A stretch of 64,000 bases of DNA from Marinifilaceae bacterium (GCA_016744515.1 JADGEF010000001.1:49050-113049), one strand, 5' to 3'; shown: positions 33,701-43,165, counted from the first letter of the stretch. Notes: generated from the sequence alone by a model not told the origin. Numbers and translations are program-made.

Positions 33701-33865
33701 TATGGTGTTTTGGTTGGAACCTTTTTTATCCTAACACTTTTTCCTGTCATTATTCTTGTTTTGAATGATATTCGAAAATTTACAAGGGAACTTTGGACAG
33801 GAGAGAAAGTTGAGGCAATTGATGTCGAACCGGCAATTAAGGAAGCTAAAGTAACACTTGATTAA
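30701..33865 (+). CDS. RND efflux permease (AcrB/AcrD/AcrF family)
   Basis: 1054 aa. YPGASPKEVEEGIT, GILVDDGIVIGENI, KARFRAIVLTTITT. Confidence 0.95.
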   Translation: MKHIISHFVRHPFYGKMIIALFLIAGIFSLFHMKKSFFPETESKTITVSMVYPGASPKEVEEGITSRIEDVIRGIVGIKEMNSVSSEGFARVTITTTGDLKLDETLADVKNAVDGIPSFPSGAEKAVIAKVRSTTPAVRMAVTGDVDLLTLKRYSDVIYDDLMRSKKMSQISISGLPRLELSVEIKEDDLRRHKLSFSEVSTAIASNNIDISGGVIKNAKEEIIIRSRNRSVDPDKIGEIIVRANSDGSYIRLKDVCDIHFQFEDVPRSSYVNNNPAVSIRVNKLNNEDLEEISEFCNQYAKAFNADHTDASLEVTFDYVNMLQSRLNLLYKNGGYGLALVVLALALFLSFRLSLWVAWGIPASFLGMFIFANLMGVTINMISLFGMILIIGILVDDGIVIGENIYTHFEMGKSPRRAAIDGTMEVVPAVLTSVTTTMVAFTPLLLVTGNMQFLYEMAFVVVACLGISLFESLFVLPSHVGNEKVLNVRKSHTAFNRFRDKIEKGIMYMRDRLYMSFLRRAIKWRWIIVFLPVAFIFITVGLFGGGFIKSTFFPNVSFDTFNINVAYKPGTNKDITVRALKSFENAVWEINKELKEKHSQKDDFIKYTNLSVGSAFNGQESGPHSGNITVTLRDMEGSPISSFDISNAVKKRIGDVNLAEKFTIGSFNRWGAAVSVSLLGSDLEELNAANIFFQNELRKMTSLYNINDNNPLGSREVRLKLKDKAYYLGMDLRSITSQVRQGFFGGQAQRLQEGKDEIKVWVRYPKSDRIFIGQMESMRIRTLNGEYPLSELVDYDILRGPVSIQRYNGAREIRVEADLLDPNEPVPPILEEVTNNILPVLKEKFPSVRPEFQGQAKRSSEDIAEMKIYFSIAFIAIMFIVMLHFRSFTQGMIVIMMVPLGIIGSTWGHGIEGVQVSMLSVWGMVALSGVIINDAVVFLSKYNTNLKEGMHPEAAVIGAGKARFRAIVLTTITTSVGLYPLILENSFQAQFLIPMAIALAYGVLVGTFFILTLFPVIILVLNDIRKFTRELWTGEKVEAIDVEPAIKEAKVTLD

Positions 33866-33990
33866 AAGGGAAACAAGGGTAAAGTGAATAAGGATAAAGT
33901 AAACAAGCTTAAAGTAAATAAGGGTAAAGGAGCCTGTCGACTTTCGAGGATTTGACTTTTCAGACTTTTCGACTCTTTGACTTTTATGGA
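33866..33990 (+). repeat. Low-complexity intergenic repeats (about 15-mer AAGGGTAAAGTRAAY, then GACTTTTC 8-9-mers)
   Basis: Read directly; the first part is the reverse complement of the CTTTACCC family at 40792-40924. Confidence 0.7.
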
Positions 33991-34010
33991 CATTTAGAAA
34001 AATAGAAACA

Positions 34011-35297
34011 ATGAATAAATATATAATAATCGTACTCATGTTGTTTTGTGCAGGCTCTTTGTCTGCACAAAAAGATTTAAATCTTGCTCAGGCCGTTGAG
34101 ATTGGACTTGAGAAGAACTACAAGATTCAGATAGTACGTCAATCAGAGAAAATTGCTGATTTGAATAATACTTGGGGTAATGCAGGTCAATACCCTAAGG
34201 TAGAATTCAACTTTCGTTCTAATAATAAGAAAGATTATAATGAAAATGATGATTTCAGGCAGAATGTATTAAGTCCATCCATTGATTTAACTTGGACTTT
34301 ATTTGATGGCTTTGCTGTTAGTATTCGTAAGGATAAATTTAATGACCTTGCTGCTCTTTCTAAGGGGAATACCATAGTAGCTGTTGAAAGTCAAATTCAG
34401 TTGATTATTCTAGCTTACTATAAAACCTTGATGGAACAGGAGCGTTTGGCAGTTAGCAAAAAAATAAAGGAACTTTCTGAAGACAGATATGGGAATGAGA
34501 AAGTAGCGAGTGAACTGGGGACAAAAGGTAGTTACGAATTGCTTCTGGCTAAGAATGCTTTTCTTGAGGATAAGTCTAATTACCTGACGCAGCAAGTGAA
34601 TTATAATAATACTGTTCGTGACTTGAATTTTCTTTTAGGTGTTGAGGAGAGTACCCAGTATATTTTTACCGATGCTTTTATCACTAATGTTACGGATTAC
34701 CGATTGGCTGATTTAATCGACAAGATGTTTGCTAATAATAACAATTTGAAGAATCGTTATATGCAAGAGGCTATTCAGAAGCGAGATATTGAAATGGCTC
34801 GATCGAATTATTATCCTCGAGTTTCATTGGGAGCGGGAGCACAAGGAAATAAGTTTATACAAAAGCATGATGTTGCCCCTAAGCTCGATAATAAATCACA
34901 TAACCTGTATGCAAATTTAAGTTTGAATTGTTTGATATTCAATGGTAATGCAAATCGTAGAGCCTTGCAGATAGCAAAAATTGAAGAGGAAATTTCTAAG
35001 ATTGAGACTGCTGATTTAAAACACAGCTTGACCAATACTTTAGCTCAGAATTTTGAGTTGTATGAGTTACGCAAGGAATTGTTCGACTTAGCTGAGGAAA
35101 ATATGTCGGCGACAGAGATTAACATGCAGTTGTCTAAGGAAAAGTACGAGTCTGGTAGTATTAATTCATTTAACTACCGTGATGTTCAGATAAGTTATCA
35201 GAATGCATCCTTAGGCAGACTTACGGCTATCTTTAATCTAATTCAATCGAAAACTACTTTAGTTAGAATGACAGGTGGTATATTGAGTGAGTTCTAA
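34011..35297 (+). CDS. TolC family outer membrane efflux protein
   Basis: Signal peptide, LTWTLFDGF, ARSNYYPRVSL, KYESGSINSF; follows the RND permease. Confidence 0.92.
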   Translation: MNKYIIIVLMLFCAGSLSAQKDLNLAQAVEIGLEKNYKIQIVRQSEKIADLNNTWGNAGQYPKVEFNFRSNNKKDYNENDDFRQNVLSPSIDLTWTLFDGFAVSIRKDKFNDLAALSKGNTIVAVESQIQLIILAYYKTLMEQERLAVSKKIKELSEDRYGNEKVASELGTKGSYELLLAKNAFLEDKSNYLTQQVNYNNTVRDLNFLLGVEESTQYIFTDAFITNVTDYRLADLIDKMFANNNNLKNRYMQEAIQKRDIEMARSNYYPRVSLGAGAQGNKFIQKHDVAPKLDNKSHNLYANLSLNCLIFNGNANRRALQIAKIEEEISKIETADLKHSLTNTLAQNFELYELRKELFDLAEENMSATEINMQLSKEKYESGSINSFNYRDVQISYQNASLGRLTAIFNLIQSKTTLVRMTGGILSEF

Positions 35298-35463
35298 ATT
35301 CAATAGATCGTGAGATATGAGAATCAAGACATGAGACTGATTTGTAAGCTGCTTATAATCAATATATTAATTAAAACACGATGGGTTTATAATAATTTTA
35401 TTACCAGGTGTTTATAAAACCTTACCGAACTATTGAAATTAAGACATGCTAAATTTTAAGCAT

Positions 35464-35496
35464 AAAAAAACCGTCACTCGAGTGACGGTTTTTTTT
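35464..35496. terminator. Bidirectional intrinsic terminator
   Basis: AAAAAAACCGTCAC-TCGA-GTGACGGTTTTTTT between convergent genes. Confidence 0.9.
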
Positions 35497-35518
35497 ATGA
35501 TCTATAACGAAAATGTGT

Positions 35519-36115
35519 TTAGAATAAACGGAATCCCAAAGTCACATTCATCATTTTGTTTTTCTTTAAGAACTCAGACGAAACATCGGTTAAACCAAAT
35601 TCGTAATCAACATCTAAAGTTAATTTCCAAACGTCGATACCAGCACCAACTTTAGCATTCCAAACAGCATTTTTCATTTCTGGCTTGAAGCTATTTTCAC
35701 CACTACCAGTTACTAAATCTTTAAAATTATCATCAACACTAAAAGAAGCAACAGGTCCAGCAAAAGCTCTCAATTTGAAAAGAGGAAGCTTTACAAGTTT
35801 GTATCCCAATAGAACTGGAATATCAACACTTTTTGTTTTAACATCTGCTGATACTCCTGCTAATTCAAGAGATGATTTACGGGAAACGTAGTTTAATTCA
35901 GGCTGAATATACCATTTATTGATATTGATTCTGGCAAAAGCTCCCAACATCATGCCATTCTCAGCACTTTCTTTTATACTAGAACCAGTCATATTGGCGT
36001 CAACTTTAGTGCTAACAAGTCCTCCGTGAACACCAAGACTGATAGGAGATGATAATTGGGCAAATAATGCTGATGAAAATAAGCAGATAGCTGCTACTAA
36101 TAATAACTTTTTCAT
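35519..36115 (-). CDS. Outer membrane beta-barrel (porin family/OMP_b-brl_2-like) protein
   Basis: Signal peptide, YIQPELNY, VDIPVLLGY, C-terminal TLGFRLF. Confidence 0.88.
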   Translation of the reverse strand: MKKLLLVAAICLFSSALFAQLSSPISLGVHGGLVSTKVDANMTGSSIKESAENGMMLGAFARININKWYIQPELNYVSRKSSLELAGVSADVKTKSVDIPVLLGYKLVKLPLFKLRAFAGPVASFSVDDNFKDLVTGSGENSFKPEMKNAVWNAKVGAGIDVWKLTLDVDYEFGLTDVSSEFLKKNKMMNVTLGFRLF

Positions 36116-36276
36116 AATGTGTAATTTTTTGTATTTAATAATTTAATGAGTTCCGTATTTATAAATTCATCTGTAAAGAATATAGCTGTATAGATTGACG
36201 AATTTATATTAAATTTTTTAATTACAAAAGTATTCAAAAATCAGACCAAGTTTATAAATATGGTGATAAAAGGCAT

Positions 36277-36309
36277 AAAAAAAAGCTCGACCGTCATAGT
36301 CGAGCTTTT
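36277..36309 (-). terminator. Intrinsic terminator after pepC
   Basis: AAAAGCTCGAC-N7-GTCGAGCTTTT with a U-tract on the minus strand. Confidence 0.8.
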
Positions 36310-36329
36310 AATATAGTCGTTGAGTTTGA

Positions 36330-37547
36330 TTATTTCAAACCTAATTTTCTTTTTAATTTTGCAGGAACTGCATCCTTATGAATCATGAAAGACATGGTTT
36401 TATATGCAACAAATGGGAATGAAGCATAAAAATAACCCTCATATGGATTGTTATCAGTACCCCATGAGTTTTTTACAATAAAGTATTTGTTACCTTTTTG
36501 GTCTTTAGAAATACCAACAATGTGCATGCCGTGATCGTCAGTAGTTGTGTAGTTATTGAAAGCTTCTTGACGCATTTCTTGAGTAATTACTTTTTCTTCA
36601 CCAGGACCTTGGAAGCTATATAGTTTAGCATTCTTTTTCTTGTCAGACATATCTTGCCATTTAGAAATTTCAGAATCACTCATGTTCTTAGTATCCGCTT
36701 CAGGAACAATTGCAACACCTTTTCGGTATGCAAATCCTTTTTCGCTTACGTCAGAAGCCCAACCAATAGTATAACCATTCATAATTGCACTTTCCATAAC
36801 TTCCATCATTTCGTCGATAGGTAAGTTATAAACCTCGTCCCATAACCAGTTGTCACCAACCTCGATAATGAATTTTTCGTAGAATGGGTGGTGGGTGTAA
36901 GACGAAATCTCGATATAGTCATCAGCGTTAAGACCTGTATAGTCTTTTGCAAACGACTTAGGAGTGTACTCTTTTCCTTCGTACTTAAATGTCTCAGGTA
37001 ATTTTCCTAAGTAAGCATCTAAAACGCCATCAAAACCTTTATGCCAAGTTGGTGTTAATTTTCTGTTTTTATTTTTAATTACAGCATCCACATAGCTGCT
37101 AAGGATAATATCCATTTCACCATGAGTGTGCCCTGACTCTCCATAGTTTAATCCAGCGTATACTGACTCAGGAACGATACCATAATTTTTTATTACATAA
37201 GTCACATCGTGGAATGCACCACCACCACCAAAGTTGAATTTACCGCTCAAACGAACGTCTTTAATAGCTTTATCAGAGTAACAGTTATAAACAACAAACA
37301 TTTCTGATAAATCTACCTCAGGCTTACCCATACGTAGCATTTCTGATTCCATGAACGAAAGTCCCGAAAAAGCCCAACATGTACCTGAACGATGCTGATC
37401 TTTTACAGAAGTTGCAGGCATACGTTTTACATCAGTAAAAATATAAGCTTCTTCTTTGTCCTTTTTTTTGTCTTTTTTCACTTCAGCTGATGAAGAAAAT
37501 ACAGTTCCTCCAATAAGTAGAGCTGCGGCAATAATTCTAAAATTCAT
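36330..37547 (-). CDS. pepC: Aminopeptidase C (cysteine peptidase C1B), secreted
   Basis: QHRSGTCWAFS (Cys), DDHGMHIVG (His), VKNSWG (Asn); signal peptide. Confidence 0.9.
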   Translation of the reverse strand: MNFRIIAAALLIGGTVFSSSAEVKKDKKKDKEEAYIFTDVKRMPATSVKDQHRSGTCWAFSGLSFMESEMLRMGKPEVDLSEMFVVYNCYSDKAIKDVRLSGKFNFGGGGAFHDVTYVIKNYGIVPESVYAGLNYGESGHTHGEMDIILSSYVDAVIKNKNRKLTPTWHKGFDGVLDAYLGKLPETFKYEGKEYTPKSFAKDYTGLNADDYIEISSYTHHPFYEKFIIEVGDNWLWDEVYNLPIDEMMEVMESAIMNGYTIGWASDVSEKGFAYRKGVAIVPEADTKNMSDSEISKWQDMSDKKKNAKLYSFQGPGEEKVITQEMRQEAFNNYTTTDDHGMHIVGISKDQKGNKYFIVKNSWGTDNNPYEGYFYASFPFVAYKTMSFMIHKDAVPAKLKRKLGLK

Positions 37548-37646
37548 AGTATTGTTGTTTAAATAATTAATTGTTCTAATTTATGTAATTTAAACCTATG
37601 GCATCTGTCTCAACAAATCTGTTAATACTAGCTAGGTTTAAAGGCG

Positions 37647-37654
37647 CAAAAATA
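37647..37654 (-). promoter_or_regulatory. -7 promoter box of pepC
   Basis: TATTTTTG on the minus strand, about 100 bp upstream of the ATG. Confidence 0.5.
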
Positions 37655-37794
37655 GCAAAAACCTAAACCTAGCCAATTGTTATGCTGACTTTGCTTAAGT
37701 TTTTAGATATTTTTAAGACTTTACTCGATGAACCGATCAGTTATTTGTTAATTAAGGATTATCGAATGAGTCTATTAAGGCAAATATGAAATGC

Positions 37795-38481
37795 TTAAAT
37801 GATTTGTTTTTCTTTTAAAATTTTAATTGTTGTATCCACGATTATCCTATCTTCAATATTCATTGAATTGAAAACAATATCAAAATGACTCAATTTTAAA
37901 GGTTTTGTGTTGAAAAAATTTCTTAGAATTTCACGTTTACTATCTATAGTTTGGGCATAAGTGATCATTTCTTCAAATTTACCACCAAGATTTTTCTGTA
38001 GTTGTTGTGCACGCCACTTTATGGGAGCTTGAAGCTTTATGTGCATCGATTTTTCAATGTCTTGAGTTAGGATGACACCACCACGTCCGACAATAATACA
38101 ATTTCCACGTCTTGCCATTGCTTGAACCACTTCGGCGATGGTTTTTTTTATTTGCTTATCGCTTTTATAGTATTTATTAGACATTGACGAAAACACTTCA
38201 TCCCAAGTTGACTTTTCTTTTGATTCGAAAACGTATTCAATTTGCCTAGGATGTAACCCCAGTTGTTCAGCAGCTTCTACTAGAATCTCTTTAGTTAATA
38301 CGGTCCATTCCTGTCCAGTGACTTTCTTGAGTTTATTTGCAAGGGCAGTAGCCATATTAATTGCATAACATCCACACTCCCTCGAGATGGTGATAACAGG
38401 TCCCGGAAACTGATATTTTGGGGTTTCTGTTTCCTTGAGTTGGTACCTTTTTTTCATGTACTGATGCAGAATGTCTTTCAT
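37795..38481 (-). CDS. Cytidylate kinase-like family protein
   Basis: VITISRECGC, CIIVGRGG, HIKLQAPIKWR, FDIVFNS. Confidence 0.85.
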   Translation of the reverse strand: MKDILHQYMKKRYQLKETETPKYQFPGPVITISRECGCYAINMATALANKLKKVTGQEWTVLTKEILVEAAEQLGLHPRQIEYVFESKEKSTWDEVFSSMSNKYYKSDKQIKKTIAEVVQAMARRGNCIIVGRGGVILTQDIEKSMHIKLQAPIKWRAQQLQKNLGGKFEEMITYAQTIDSKREILRNFFNTKPLKLSHFDIVFNSMNIEDRIIVDTTIKILKEKQII

Positions 38482-38736
38482 AGCTAAAGGTTTTAATCAG
38501 TAAAATCTAATAAATGTTTTTCATTTTATGGATCTGTATTTGTAATTGATGAATACATATCCTGATTTAAGCATTCGTTAAATGTACTTCTACCTTCAAG
38601 TTAAGACATTTAAGAAAAATATAAAAATAGAACGAATCTGTTTTATGTAATTTATAATTGAAAGCTGATATCAATTTTAAGTTTGAATTTTATGATTTTA
38701 AACTGTTAATTGGAACTAAATGCAAGCAAGATTTTT

Positions 38737-38744
38737 TAAGTTTG
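38737..38744 (+). promoter_or_regulatory. -7 promoter box of the TPR gene
   Basis: TAAGTTTG, 28 bp before the ATG. Confidence 0.5.
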
Positions 38745-38772
38745 TAGCTTAACACTTGTAATCATTGTTTCT

Positions 38773-40752
38773 ATGCGTTTATATCGACTTCTTTTACTGT
38801 TTAGTTTTATTTTCTGTTTAAAATCTGTTAGTGCACAGCTCAACACGGAAAATTTATTATCTAAAGGCCGTAATGCCATCTATTTTGATGATTACACAGA
38901 AGCAATTATAAAATTTAACGAGATAATTAGGGTAAAGCCATATCTTCCAGAGCCATATTTATTTAGGGCTTTAGCTAAATACTATCTTGAAGATTTTGAG
39001 GGGGCAGAAGTCGATTATACAAAGGCAATTTCAATCAATCCAAATTATACTCTAGCTTATCTGTATAGAGGCGTTGCGAATAATCACTTAAGTCGATATA
39101 ATTTGGCTCTTAAGGATTTTGATATGGCTGAAGATCTGAATCCGAGTAATCCAGATATATTTGCTAATAGAGGAATTACTTTAGCTGCATTAAAGCGTTT
39201 TAAGGAAGCTGAAAAAAATTATTCTAGAGCTATAAAGATCAAGGACGACATGCTTGGCGCTTATCTGAATCGAGCTGTGGTTAGAGAACAAATGGATAAT
39301 TTCGAAGGTGCTATTTCAGATTGTAATAAAGCTGTTCAACTTAATAATTTTTCTGCGGATGCTTTCGGTCATAGAGCCTATTTAAAGTATAAAACCAAGA
39401 AGTATAAGGAATCTGTAGAGGATTATGAGCGTGCGTTAAAAATCAATCCCGATGACACAAGATTGATAATGGGACGAGGGGTTTCTAACTATGCTACTAA
39501 GAATTTAAAAGGAGCTTTGGCTGATTACGATAAGGTTATTGAGCTTGATCCAAATAATGCCTATGGCTATTATAATAGAGCATTGCTTAAATCGGAGGTT
39601 GGAGATTTCAATTCGGCTATTGATGATTTTAATATGGTATTGGATATGAATCCAGATAACATGCTGATTTATTTTAATAGAGGTTTAGTGAAAGCTGATA
39701 TTGGCGATAAGCTTGGAGCAATTGCTGATTATTCAACGGCTATTAAAATTTATCCTGATTTTGCAAAAGCCTACCTAGCACGATCATCAGCAAAAAGAGA
39801 CATAAATGACACAGATGGTTCTATTCGGGATAGAAACCAAGGGCTTATTATCATCGATAAGTATAAACGAATGAAGAATGAAGGTGCCATGGCTGCCTTT
39901 GTTGATACGACAGAGAATTTTCAGCGTTTGATCGATTTAAATTCTCGCGAAAAAATTGTCGAAGAAATTATAAAAGGACGTGTTCAGGATAAATTTGTAA
40001 CGATTAAACTTGAGAAAGATTTTCATATTAGTTACCTATCCATTGATAGTCTTCGATCGGGAAAAATGCAGTATTACGATCAGGAACTGATGAATTATAA
40101 TCAAAAACTCAACTATTCACCAGCCTTTACATTTAGTAATAAGCATTATCCATCTTCTTTAAATCTGATAAAACAACAAATTAAAAATGCTGAACTCAGA
40201 ATTAAATTAGGTAATAGTGAGGCTTACTTTTTTAAAGGAACTTATGAATTAACCAATAAGAAATTTAATAATGCCATTGCTTCATTTAACGCATGTATTG
40301 AGAATAATAAAAACTTTGCCTTTGCGTATTTTAATAGAGCAAATGCCATTGTCGATATGACCGATTACATTCAATCCATTGGAGTAAACGACGATACTAA
40401 CTTGAGTTTTAGTAACGATAAAAATGGAAAAAACAATGAGATTATTGTCGATTATAGTTCTGCAATCACAGATTATAATAAAGCGATCGAACTGAAACCA
40501 AATTTTGGTTTTGCTTATTTCAATAGAGGAAATACTTATGCAAAATCGAAGCAATTCGACAAGGCAATTTTGGATTATAATAAAGCTATTGTGTTAGATA
40601 AGAGTCTAAAGGAAGCTTACTTTAATAGAGGTTTAGTTTATCTGTACAATAATGATAAAAAATCGGCATATGGCGATTTAAGTAAAGCTGGAGAGCTAGG
40701 CTTGCTTGATGCATACAATGTGATTAAGCGTTATTGTAATAAAGAAAAATAG
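38773..40752 (+). CDS. Secreted tetratricopeptide repeat protein
   Basis: Signal peptide and many AYxxRGxA...AIxDYxKAIxLxP repeats. Confidence 0.92.
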   Translation: MRLYRLLLLFSFIFCLKSVSAQLNTENLLSKGRNAIYFDDYTEAIIKFNEIIRVKPYLPEPYLFRALAKYYLEDFEGAEVDYTKAISINPNYTLAYLYRGVANNHLSRYNLALKDFDMAEDLNPSNPDIFANRGITLAALKRFKEAEKNYSRAIKIKDDMLGAYLNRAVVREQMDNFEGAISDCNKAVQLNNFSADAFGHRAYLKYKTKKYKESVEDYERALKINPDDTRLIMGRGVSNYATKNLKGALADYDKVIELDPNNAYGYYNRALLKSEVGDFNSAIDDFNMVLDMNPDNMLIYFNRGLVKADIGDKLGAIADYSTAIKIYPDFAKAYLARSSAKRDINDTDGSIRDRNQGLIIIDKYKRMKNEGAMAAFVDTTENFQRLIDLNSREKIVEEIIKGRVQDKFVTIKLEKDFHISYLSIDSLRSGKMQYYDQELMNYNQKLNYSPAFTFSNKHYPSSLNLIKQQIKNAELRIKLGNSEAYFFKGTYELTNKKFNNAIASFNACIENNKNFAFAYFNRANAIVDMTDYIQSIGVNDDTNLSFSNDKNGKNNEIIVDYSSAITDYNKAIELKPNFGFAYFNRGNTYAKSKQFDKAILDYNKAIVLDKSLKEAYFNRGLVYLYNNDKKSAYGDLSKAGELGLLDAYNVIKRYCNKEK

Positions 40753-40791
40753 ATTATCATTAGTCAAAGTGCTGAGCACAGTCAACGTTTT

Positions 40792-40924
40792 TTACTTTTT
40801 ACCTAACCTTTACCCTTTTACCTTTACCCTTTTAACCTTTAACCTTTAACCTTTTACCCTTTACCCTTTACCCTTTATCCTTTAACCTTTATACTTTTAC
40901 CTTTACCCTTTTAACCTTTATCTT
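40792..40924 (+). repeat. Degenerate heptamer array (CCTTTA[C/A]) abutting the rarA start
   Basis: About 18 units of TTTACCC/TTTAACC read directly. Confidence 0.9.
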
Positions 40925-42199
40925 ATGGTAGCAAACCAACCTTTAGCAGAACGATTACGACCTACTAGTCTCGATAATTATTTGGGACAAAAACATTTGG
41001 TAGGAGAGAAGGCTGTTCTTAGGAAGATGATTGAATCAGGGAATATTTCGTCCTTCATTCTTTGGGGCCCTCCAGGTGTTGGTAAAACAACTTTGGCTAA
41101 GATAATAGCTAATCAACTTAACCGCCCTTTTTATAATTTATCAGCGATTAATTCTGGGGTTAAAGACGTAAGAGAAGTTATCGCAAAGGCAGAGAAGCAA
41201 AAGTTCTTTTCTACGCCAAACCCTATCTTATTCATCGATGAAATTCATCGATTTAGTAAGTCGCAGCAAGATTCTTTGTTGGGAGCAGTGGAAAATGGTA
41301 CCGTAACTTTAATTGGTGCAACCACCGAGAATCCTTCTTTCGAAGTCATATCGCCCCTACTTTCACGTTGCCAGGTATATGTACTAAAAGCTCAGGAAAA
41401 ATCAGACTTAGAACATTTAATCGACCATGCTTTAACAACAGATCTTTATTTAAAAGACAAGAATGTTACTGTAAAAGAAAAGGACGCTCTAATTAAATTT
41501 TCTGGTGGAGATGCTCGCAAGCTTCTTAATATATTGGAGTTGGTTGTTAATTCTCAAATGACTGAAGAAATTATTCTGACTAACGAATTGGTACTGAAAG
41601 AGCTTCAAGAAAATCCATCGATGTATGATAAGGATGGAGAGCAACATTACGATATAGCTTCTGCTTTAATCAAGTCGATACGTGGTAGTGATCCCGATGC
41701 GGCGGTTTATTGGTTGGCTAGAATGATTGAAGGGGGAGAAGACCCTAAATTTATTGCTCGCCGTTTAGTAATTTCAGCTAGCGAGGATATAGGCTTGGCA
41801 AATCCCAATGCCTTACTATTAGCCAATGCAGGTTTTCAATCGGTAAACTTGGTTGGCATGCCCGAATCTCGAATTATTCTCTCCGAAGTTGCCATCTATT
41901 TAGCGACTTCAGCAAAAAGTAATGCATCTTATTTGGCAATTGGCAAAGCTCAAGCTTTGGTTCGAGAAACAGGAAACTTATCGGTTCCCTTACACTTGCG
42001 CAATGCACCAACCAAGTTGATGAAAGATTTGGGCTATAACAAAGAGTACAAATATTCACACGACTATCCAGGTAACTTTGTTAATCAGGAATACCTTCCA
42101 TCAGAAATCCTGAATCAACGCTTATATACACCACAAAATAATGTCTTAGAAGTAAAGATTCTGGAGCGATTAAAATTTTGGTGGAAAAAAAGATTCTAG
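40925..42199 (+). CDS. rarA: Replication-associated recombination protein A (MgsA/RarA AAA+ ATPase)
   Basis: PLAERLRP, ILWGPPGVGKTT, LFIDEIHRF, YDKDGEQHYDIASALIKSIRGSDPDAA, VPLHLRNAPT. Confidence 0.97.
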   Translation: MVANQPLAERLRPTSLDNYLGQKHLVGEKAVLRKMIESGNISSFILWGPPGVGKTTLAKIIANQLNRPFYNLSAINSGVKDVREVIAKAEKQKFFSTPNPILFIDEIHRFSKSQQDSLLGAVENGTVTLIGATTENPSFEVISPLLSRCQVYVLKAQEKSDLEHLIDHALTTDLYLKDKNVTVKEKDALIKFSGGDARKLLNILELVVNSQMTEEIILTNELVLKELQENPSMYDKDGEQHYDIASALIKSIRGSDPDAAVYWLARMIEGGEDPKFIARRLVISASEDIGLANPNALLLANAGFQSVNLVGMPESRIILSEVAIYLATSAKSNASYLAIGKAQALVRETGNLSVPLHLRNAPTKLMKDLGYNKEYKYSHDYPGNFVNQEYLPSEILNQRLYTPQNNVLEVKILERLKFWWKKRF

Positions 42200-42240
42200 A
42201 TCTCGTACCAATTAAACTAAGTTGGGGGTTCCTCCATACT

Positions 42241-42326
42241 GTCGGGCGGGCTTTACATTGCAACGCCTCGCCCCAGCCCACAAATCCCAGACTACTGCGG
42301 GGTTTCCATTACAATCCCTAACCCAC
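42241..42326 (+). ncRNA. Bacteroidota intergenic structured repeat, resembling the Flavo-1 RNA motif (recalled from memory, unverified)
   Basis: Two related arms GGGCTTTACATTGCAA..CCTCG and CTGCGGGGTTTCCATTACAATCCCTAAC; a GC-rich island in AT-rich DNA. Confidence 0.4.
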
Positions 42327-42379
42327 ACCAAAGCAAAACAATTAGGCTCATTTATTGTAATCACCTTCGTTATCGTACT

Positions 42380-42541
42380 ATATAGCAAAGTGTTTTATCC
42401 TTTAGTTTGTCGAAGTTAACAAAAAAAGAGAATGAAGGTTTATCTACATTCTCCATAAACTAACAATTCTCTTAACGGTTACGTGAACCCACCGTTCATG
42501 TTGGGCAGTTCCTGCCACACTAACGCTTAGTTGTTATGGGC
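42380..42541 (-). repeat. attC-like element, short type, right-end GTT decayed
   Basis: Minus strand CCATAAC-AACTA-AGCGTTAG...GGATAAAACACT-TTGCT-ATA; close to 56320-56481. Confidence 0.85.
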
Positions 42542-42550
42542 TTTTATTTT

Positions 42551-43063
42551 TTATTTTTTACGGAATGCGCTCAAATACTCTTTGTTATTTTCATTTATTT
42601 CAATAATCGTCCCATTTTCAACAAAAAATTGTATTGGAAAGCCTCCAGTTGTACCCTTTCGTGAGAGGCTTATTTCTTTAACGAAATTGTTATAGTTTTT
42701 TGTAGATAGCAGTAAATAATTTCCATTCACTTGTTTCTTTTTTACGAATCTGGTGAATTCAATTTTATTGTTAAAATCGTTTGAGCTAAAAACGTGTAAC
42801 AATTCTAAATTTGTTAAATCATTTCCCCCTTTTTCAGTTGAATACAAGCAGTTGTCGGAGTCAGGAGTCCACAGATTTACCAATACGGTTTTATTTGATA
42901 ATTTTTCTATTTCGGTTAAGTCATGTATTGATTCAATTCTGTTATTCTCAATGAAAACAACATTTTCATCACTAGAATATTGGCTAAAGTCATAAAGCTT
43001 GATTACTAATACTGTTATTAGTGTAGTAATTGCTATTCCAATAAAAATAATTCTCTTATTCAT
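42551..43063 (-). CDS. Membrane-anchored thioredoxin/TlpA-like protein with SxxC in place of CxxC
   Basis: LSNKTVLVNLWTPDSDNC parallels LKGKxVLVNFWAxWCxxC; GGFPIQFFVENG parallels the cis-Pro strand. Confidence 0.55.
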   Translation of the reverse strand: MNKRIIFIGIAITTLITVLVIKLYDFSQYSSDENVVFIENNRIESIHDLTEIEKLSNKTVLVNLWTPDSDNCLYSTEKGGNDLTNLELLHVFSSNDFNNKIEFTRFVKKKQVNGNYLLLSTKNYNNFVKEISLSRKGTTGGFPIQFFVENGTIIEINENNKEYLSAFRKK

Positions 43064-43165
43064 AAATTCAGAATTTAATATTTTTTTTCGTTAAAACGAG
43101 AATCTCAAGTATTCTATTAAATTATTGTTCTATAATTGTCAAACCTCTTTCAGTAAAATGACGCC

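Noticed and set aside
40792-40924. Telomere repeat or eukaryotic contamination
   Set aside because: Units are degenerate TTTACCC/TTTAACC rather than CCCTAAA, lie between intact bacterial genes, and have a relative at 33866.
40925-42199. RarA as the cassette recombinase
   Set aside because: It is a housekeeping AAA+ ATPase with no tyrosine, serine or HUH recombinase motifs; adjacency to one locus only.
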